Shown here one piece after another: positions 60,702 through 64,000 of a DNA stretch of 64,000 bases. The stretch is from Candidatus Kerfeldbacteria bacterium. Lineage in GTDB: Bacteria; Patescibacteriota; Patescibacteriia; UBA9570; XYC2-FULL-38-9. The translations under genes and the position numbers were made by a program. The notes under the pieces were generated by a model. The model made no database searches. It was not told the DNA's origin and saw only the letters and a list, made by a program, of their open reading frames with translations. The stretch lies in the NCBI GenBank assembly GCA_043813585.1, contig JBDRKW010000002.1, positions 19,182-83,181 on the forward strand, read 5' to 3'. Within the stretch, counting starts at the first letter, position 1, and each line of letters begins with the position of its first letter.

Positions 60702-62160
60702 ACGGAACCTCCGCGTCTACGAACGTGCAGATTTATATCCGCAATCTATCTCGTATTATTTTCCACTTTTTTATAGTTCTCCGGACGAACATCCCTATGT
60801 CGCAAACATCTGGGAAGTGGGGGCGTTCAAGGACGGTTATTTCTGGTGGGCGCGCGATGTAGACGAGTTGGAAAAACGGTTTCGGAAGTGGTTCGGCGTC
60901 TGGCTGGACGACCCAAAAGAACGAGCACGCCATTATAAAATGCATACGCAGGCAAGAAAAAAAATTCTTGAAGCCATTGTCTCGTTGAAGAAAAAAGATC
61001 TTACAACCGTACCGACAAAAGAGCTCCTGCATCAGTACTCGCTCCTCTATGGGCTTGCTTCGAAATTCATCCTATTTGCGGAATACACCGTTGATGTGTT
61101 TGACGATGTCTTTCATAAAATCTTTACCGAATATCTGGAATCAAACGCAAATAAGCCAATCGACTCTGCGGATCTTGCCGAGTTTATGAGGCCCGCAACC
61201 CTTTCAGCCAGTTCCGAATACAAAAAAGCGCTGTTGGAACGTTCACTGCAACCCAGCATCTTAGAAGATAATATACAAAAAACAGCAGAAAAATTCAGCT
61301 GGATCCGCATGGGATGGGACGGATCAAATGAAATAACGCAAAAGCAGGTTCGGGAAGAATTAATGGAGCTGTCTGATCTTCCGGCTGAAAAACGCGGGCA
61401 AGAACTCGAGAGTATTACAAACTATGGAGCCACGGTCGATAATAAACGCAAAGATCTTTGTACAGCATATTCCATTGCTCCCGATACGCTCTCCGGACAC
61501 TTTGACCTGCTGGACATGTTTAACGTGCTGCATGACAACCGCAAAGAGGTGCAGATGCGATGCAATCAAATCATCTACCGTGTCTTGCGTGAAATTCCAA
61601 ACCGCTTCGATGTAACCTATGAAGAAATTCTCCTCTATTTCCCGGAAGAACTGCTAGCCCTACTTGAAGAAGGTGCGCCGGTTAACACAAGTGAGATTAA
61701 TAAACGCAAAACCGGCCTGACAATGCAGATCCAATCCGGAAAAGTGCAAATCACCTATGGCGCCGATGCAAGAAAAGTACTTCAAGATGAAGTGTTGTCT
61801 GTAATACAAAGTGATGAAGCCACGGAAACCGAAGGAATTCCGGCAAACGCCGGCACTGCGAAAGGCATTGCGTTCGTAACAAAATCAGCAAAGGATGCAA
61901 ATGCACATCTTGAACAAGGAGAAATCCTCATAACAACAATGACCACCGTCGACTACCTGCCGGCCATGAAGCGGGCGGCTGCAATTGTGACAGACGACGG
62001 GGGCATGACCTGCCATGCCGCAGTGGTTAGCAGGGAGCTGGGTACGCCGAGTATCGTCGGCACAAAAAACGCAACGCAGCTGTTTACATCCGGCGACCGA
62101 GTTTATGTAGACGCAGGAATAGGAATTATTAAAAAAATAAAGGGTGCCAATCTTGATTAG
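60694..62160 (+). CDS. protein with a C-terminal PEP-utilising-enzyme mobile (swivel phospho-His) domain
   Basis: GTG start overlapping the GDPD stop. C-terminal AAIVTDDGGMTCHAAVVSRELGTPSIVG matches the PEP-utilisers GG.TSHAAI.ARE.G.P.VVG motif. N-terminal 370 aa unassigned. Confidence 0.6.
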   Translation: MNKRNLRVYERADLYPQSISYYFPLFYSSPDEHPYVANIWEVGAFKDGYFWWARDVDELEKRFRKWFGVWLDDPKERARHYKMHTQARKKILEAIVSLKKKDLTTVPTKELLHQYSLLYGLASKFILFAEYTVDVFDDVFHKIFTEYLESNANKPIDSADLAEFMRPATLSASSEYKKALLERSLQPSILEDNIQKTAEKFSWIRMGWDGSNEITQKQVREELMELSDLPAEKRGQELESITNYGATVDNKRKDLCTAYSIAPDTLSGHFDLLDMFNVLHDNRKEVQMRCNQIIYRVLREIPNRFDVTYEEILLYFPEELLALLEEGAPVNTSEINKRKTGLTMQIQSGKVQITYGADARKVLQDEVLSVIQSDEATETEGIPANAGTAKGIAFVTKSAKDANAHLEQGEILITTMTTVDYLPAMKRAAAIVTDDGGMTCHAAVVSRELGTPSIVGTKNATQLFTSGDRVYVDAGIGIIKKIKGANLD

Positions 62161-62189
62161 AACCGACAGACGCGATATAATGCAAATCT

Positions 62190-62693
62190 ATGGCCGACAA
62201 AAAGAAGCACTCCTACAAGCATCCATTCGAATGCGAAAAATGCAGCAAGCACTCCTCGGATGATTTTGAATATTTCGGGCCGACAGACGACTGGATGATC
62301 CTCTACCCGAAAGAACAGGCGATCCACATTCACTTCGGATGGGCAACGCACAGCGAAAAAGAATCGACAGCAGAAACAGAATGGCTGAATGATTTTGCAT
62401 CAAAGCACTGGTTTCCAAAGTATCCGGATAAAAAATTCTTCATCATGGTAGATATGACCCGTTCAGATGACAGCGAATTGCCGTCGCAGCGTTCAATCCA
62501 GCTATACAAAGAACTGTTTCGAAACAAACAAAACAGCAAAACCGTATTCTACGGCGTTACGCATTCCATGAAATTCTTTTTGAAGATGGTAACAAGCCTC
62601 TCAAAGACACCGAAAAAAATCGTTATTGTGGACACATTGGATCAAGCGCTGGAAAAATATGATGAATGGGCTAAAACGAACGTAAGGACTTAG
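62190..62693 (+). CDS. hypothetical protein (167 aa); leaderless transcript likely
   Basis: TATAAT at 62175-62180 is only 9 nt upstream of ATG 62190. N-terminal C/H-rich segment (HPFECEKCSKH). No family assigned. Confidence 0.5.
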   Translation: MADKKKHSYKHPFECEKCSKHSSDDFEYFGPTDDWMILYPKEQAIHIHFGWATHSEKESTAETEWLNDFASKHWFPKYPDKKFFIMVDMTRSDDSELPSQRSIQLYKELFRNKQNSKTVFYGVTHSMKFFLKMVTSLSKTPKKIVIVDTLDQALEKYDEWAKTNVRT

Positions 62694-63973
62694 CTGGTCT
62701 GGCCCGGTTCTCCCGCGCCAATAGTCTGGGCGTCGTCGTCCGGATTTTTTGTTCCGCCTTCTTCTACCTGGAGGTTCGAAATCATGCGGTCAAGGCGCTC
62801 GCGCAGCCGCTCGAGAACCTTTGCGTCGGTTGATGCTCCAATCGCATAAAGGCTCACCATCGTCGTCGGCATGGGCGTTACTGCCATATCCCGTCCGCGG
62901 TACTGCACCCGCTCGTATACCGTTTCATCAGGATCAATAACAGGAACAACATAGATTGTCTCGCTTCCGTCAGCATGAGGAATGCGCAGCCGCGCAAGTC
63001 CTGCCGTTATCGTACGCGACATCCGGTCGTCTCTTATGTAAAGCGCCTCTACCAGCCCGTCCTCCGCGAACAAAGGGAGGATTCGTCCGTGATGGGCCTT
63101 TGCATTAACACGCAGATACGTATCCTGGGCGTCCTGGCCCATCTCAAGCATCAGCCCGAATAGCGGAAAAAGATGCTGTGAAATTTCATCGTCTTTCTCT
63201 CCGACTGAAAAGCGCATCGCGCGTTCCCAGGAGCCCTCTCCGTATATTTCGTTCCATGCATTCGGGATTGCAGAATAATTATCAGTCGCATAGGCATTAA
63301 AAACAACGTCCCGCCCAAGCACCTCCATCACAAGGTACCCTGCGTGCTTTTCGCCGGTTTGGTAAATAGTATCGAGTAATGGTTCATCCGGCCGCACTCG
63401 CTTTGATGCCTCTATAACAAATGCCTGCGTAATACCTTCGGATACAAGCACGTCAAGATACGTAAAACGATCTTCCACGTCCGGATCTTCATACACGGAA
63501 TCATTTGAAAAGGTATGGGCAAATTCATGCGTTATTAATTCAAATGATCCCTGGTCAAATTGAGATTCCAGAAGCGCTTCATGAAGATGCTTCACGTTGA
63601 TGCCAAGAAATTCGCCCCCCGGAGTTATGAAGCCGCTGCTTCTTGACCAGTGCTTCAGAACATTTTCCGACACGATATCATATCCTTCCAGTTGCGCGAT
63701 CTCCTCATTATGCTCTTCAAGCCAGGTTGGCGAATAGAGCGCCACCATCATCAGATGATTGTCTGCAATTAGTTCCTCCTTTGAAACACCCGATAAATCC
63801 GTAAATGCCTGTATCACATCGTCCACCGGATATGCAGAAACCATTTCAACCACGCGGTCCAGTTCCTCCTGGGAAACATCGGCAAGCAAATCAGGGTCAT
63901 TCCGCTGATCTGCGGTTCGTGCAAACGCCTGCTGCATCAATTCAATCGACTGCGCCTGCGTTTCAATCGACAT
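62690..63973 (-). CDS. putative zinc metallopeptidase (HExxH)
   Basis: 427 aa. ELITHEFAHTF contains the HExxH zinc-binding motif. No closer family assignment. Confidence 0.5.
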   Translation of the reverse strand: MSIETQAQSIELMQQAFARTADQRNDPDLLADVSQEELDRVVEMVSAYPVDDVIQAFTDLSGVSKEELIADNHLMMVALYSPTWLEEHNEEIAQLEGYDIVSENVLKHWSRSSGFITPGGEFLGINVKHLHEALLESQFDQGSFELITHEFAHTFSNDSVYEDPDVEDRFTYLDVLVSEGITQAFVIEASKRVRPDEPLLDTIYQTGEKHAGYLVMEVLGRDVVFNAYATDNYSAIPNAWNEIYGEGSWERAMRFSVGEKDDEISQHLFPLFGLMLEMGQDAQDTYLRVNAKAHHGRILPLFAEDGLVEALYIRDDRMSRTITAGLARLRIPHADGSETIYVVPVIDPDETVYERVQYRGRDMAVTPMPTTMVSLYAIGASTDAKVLERLRERLDRMISNLQVEEGGTKNPDDDAQTIGAGEPGQTS

Positions 63974-64000
63974 TTCCGACAGCGTCTCCTCATCGATTGA

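Overview
Streamlined bacterial chromosome segment, about 52% GC, with tight co-directional gene strings, many 4-20 nt gene overlaps, TTG/GTG starts and at least two leaderless promoters. The housekeeping backbone (groES-groEL, recA, ftsK, guaA/guaB, rpoB-rpoC, lexA, xseA/xseB, yebC-ruvC...ruvA, galU, rlmH, Mur ligase, FemAB, LCP, YvcK) fits an uncultivated monoderm-type lineage such as Patescibacteria/CPR; that placement is an inference from gene content, not a classification. Regulatory elements readable directly in the sequence are a near-perfect CIRCE before groES, an Rrf2 palindrome before an rrf2-ssuABC-like operon, many Rho-independent terminators, and an identical 20-nt direct-repeat box pair before both recA and lexA, which I propose is this organism's SOS operator. 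The accessory content stands out in five places. (1) An ATP-grasp::DTGA-retropepsin fusion gene, translationally coupled to a PKD-domain/7-TM protein gene, sits between ruvC and ruvA; this is a variant of a predicted but uncharacterised peptide-ligase/peptidase/7TM system. (2) Three more ATP-grasp ligases interleave with xseA and xseB. (3) A GC-rich island encodes two paralogous secreted His/Arg/Ser-rich proteins that share a Cys-containing C-terminal motif. (4) A second GC-rich island encodes a double zinc-ribbon membrane protein and a hyper-acidic tandem-repeat protein, divergent from a palindromic operator. (5) A cluster of four VirB2/TrbC-like pilin paralogs, a truncated dinB remnant after lexA, a DEDD-exonuclease plus Cas4-like nuclease pair, and a tmRNA/tRNA 3'-end-like fragment carrying its own promoter. 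No rRNA genes, intact tRNA genes, CRISPR arrays, transposases or integrases were recognised. All coordinates other than ORF-track boundaries were counted by hand and may be off by 1-2 nt.
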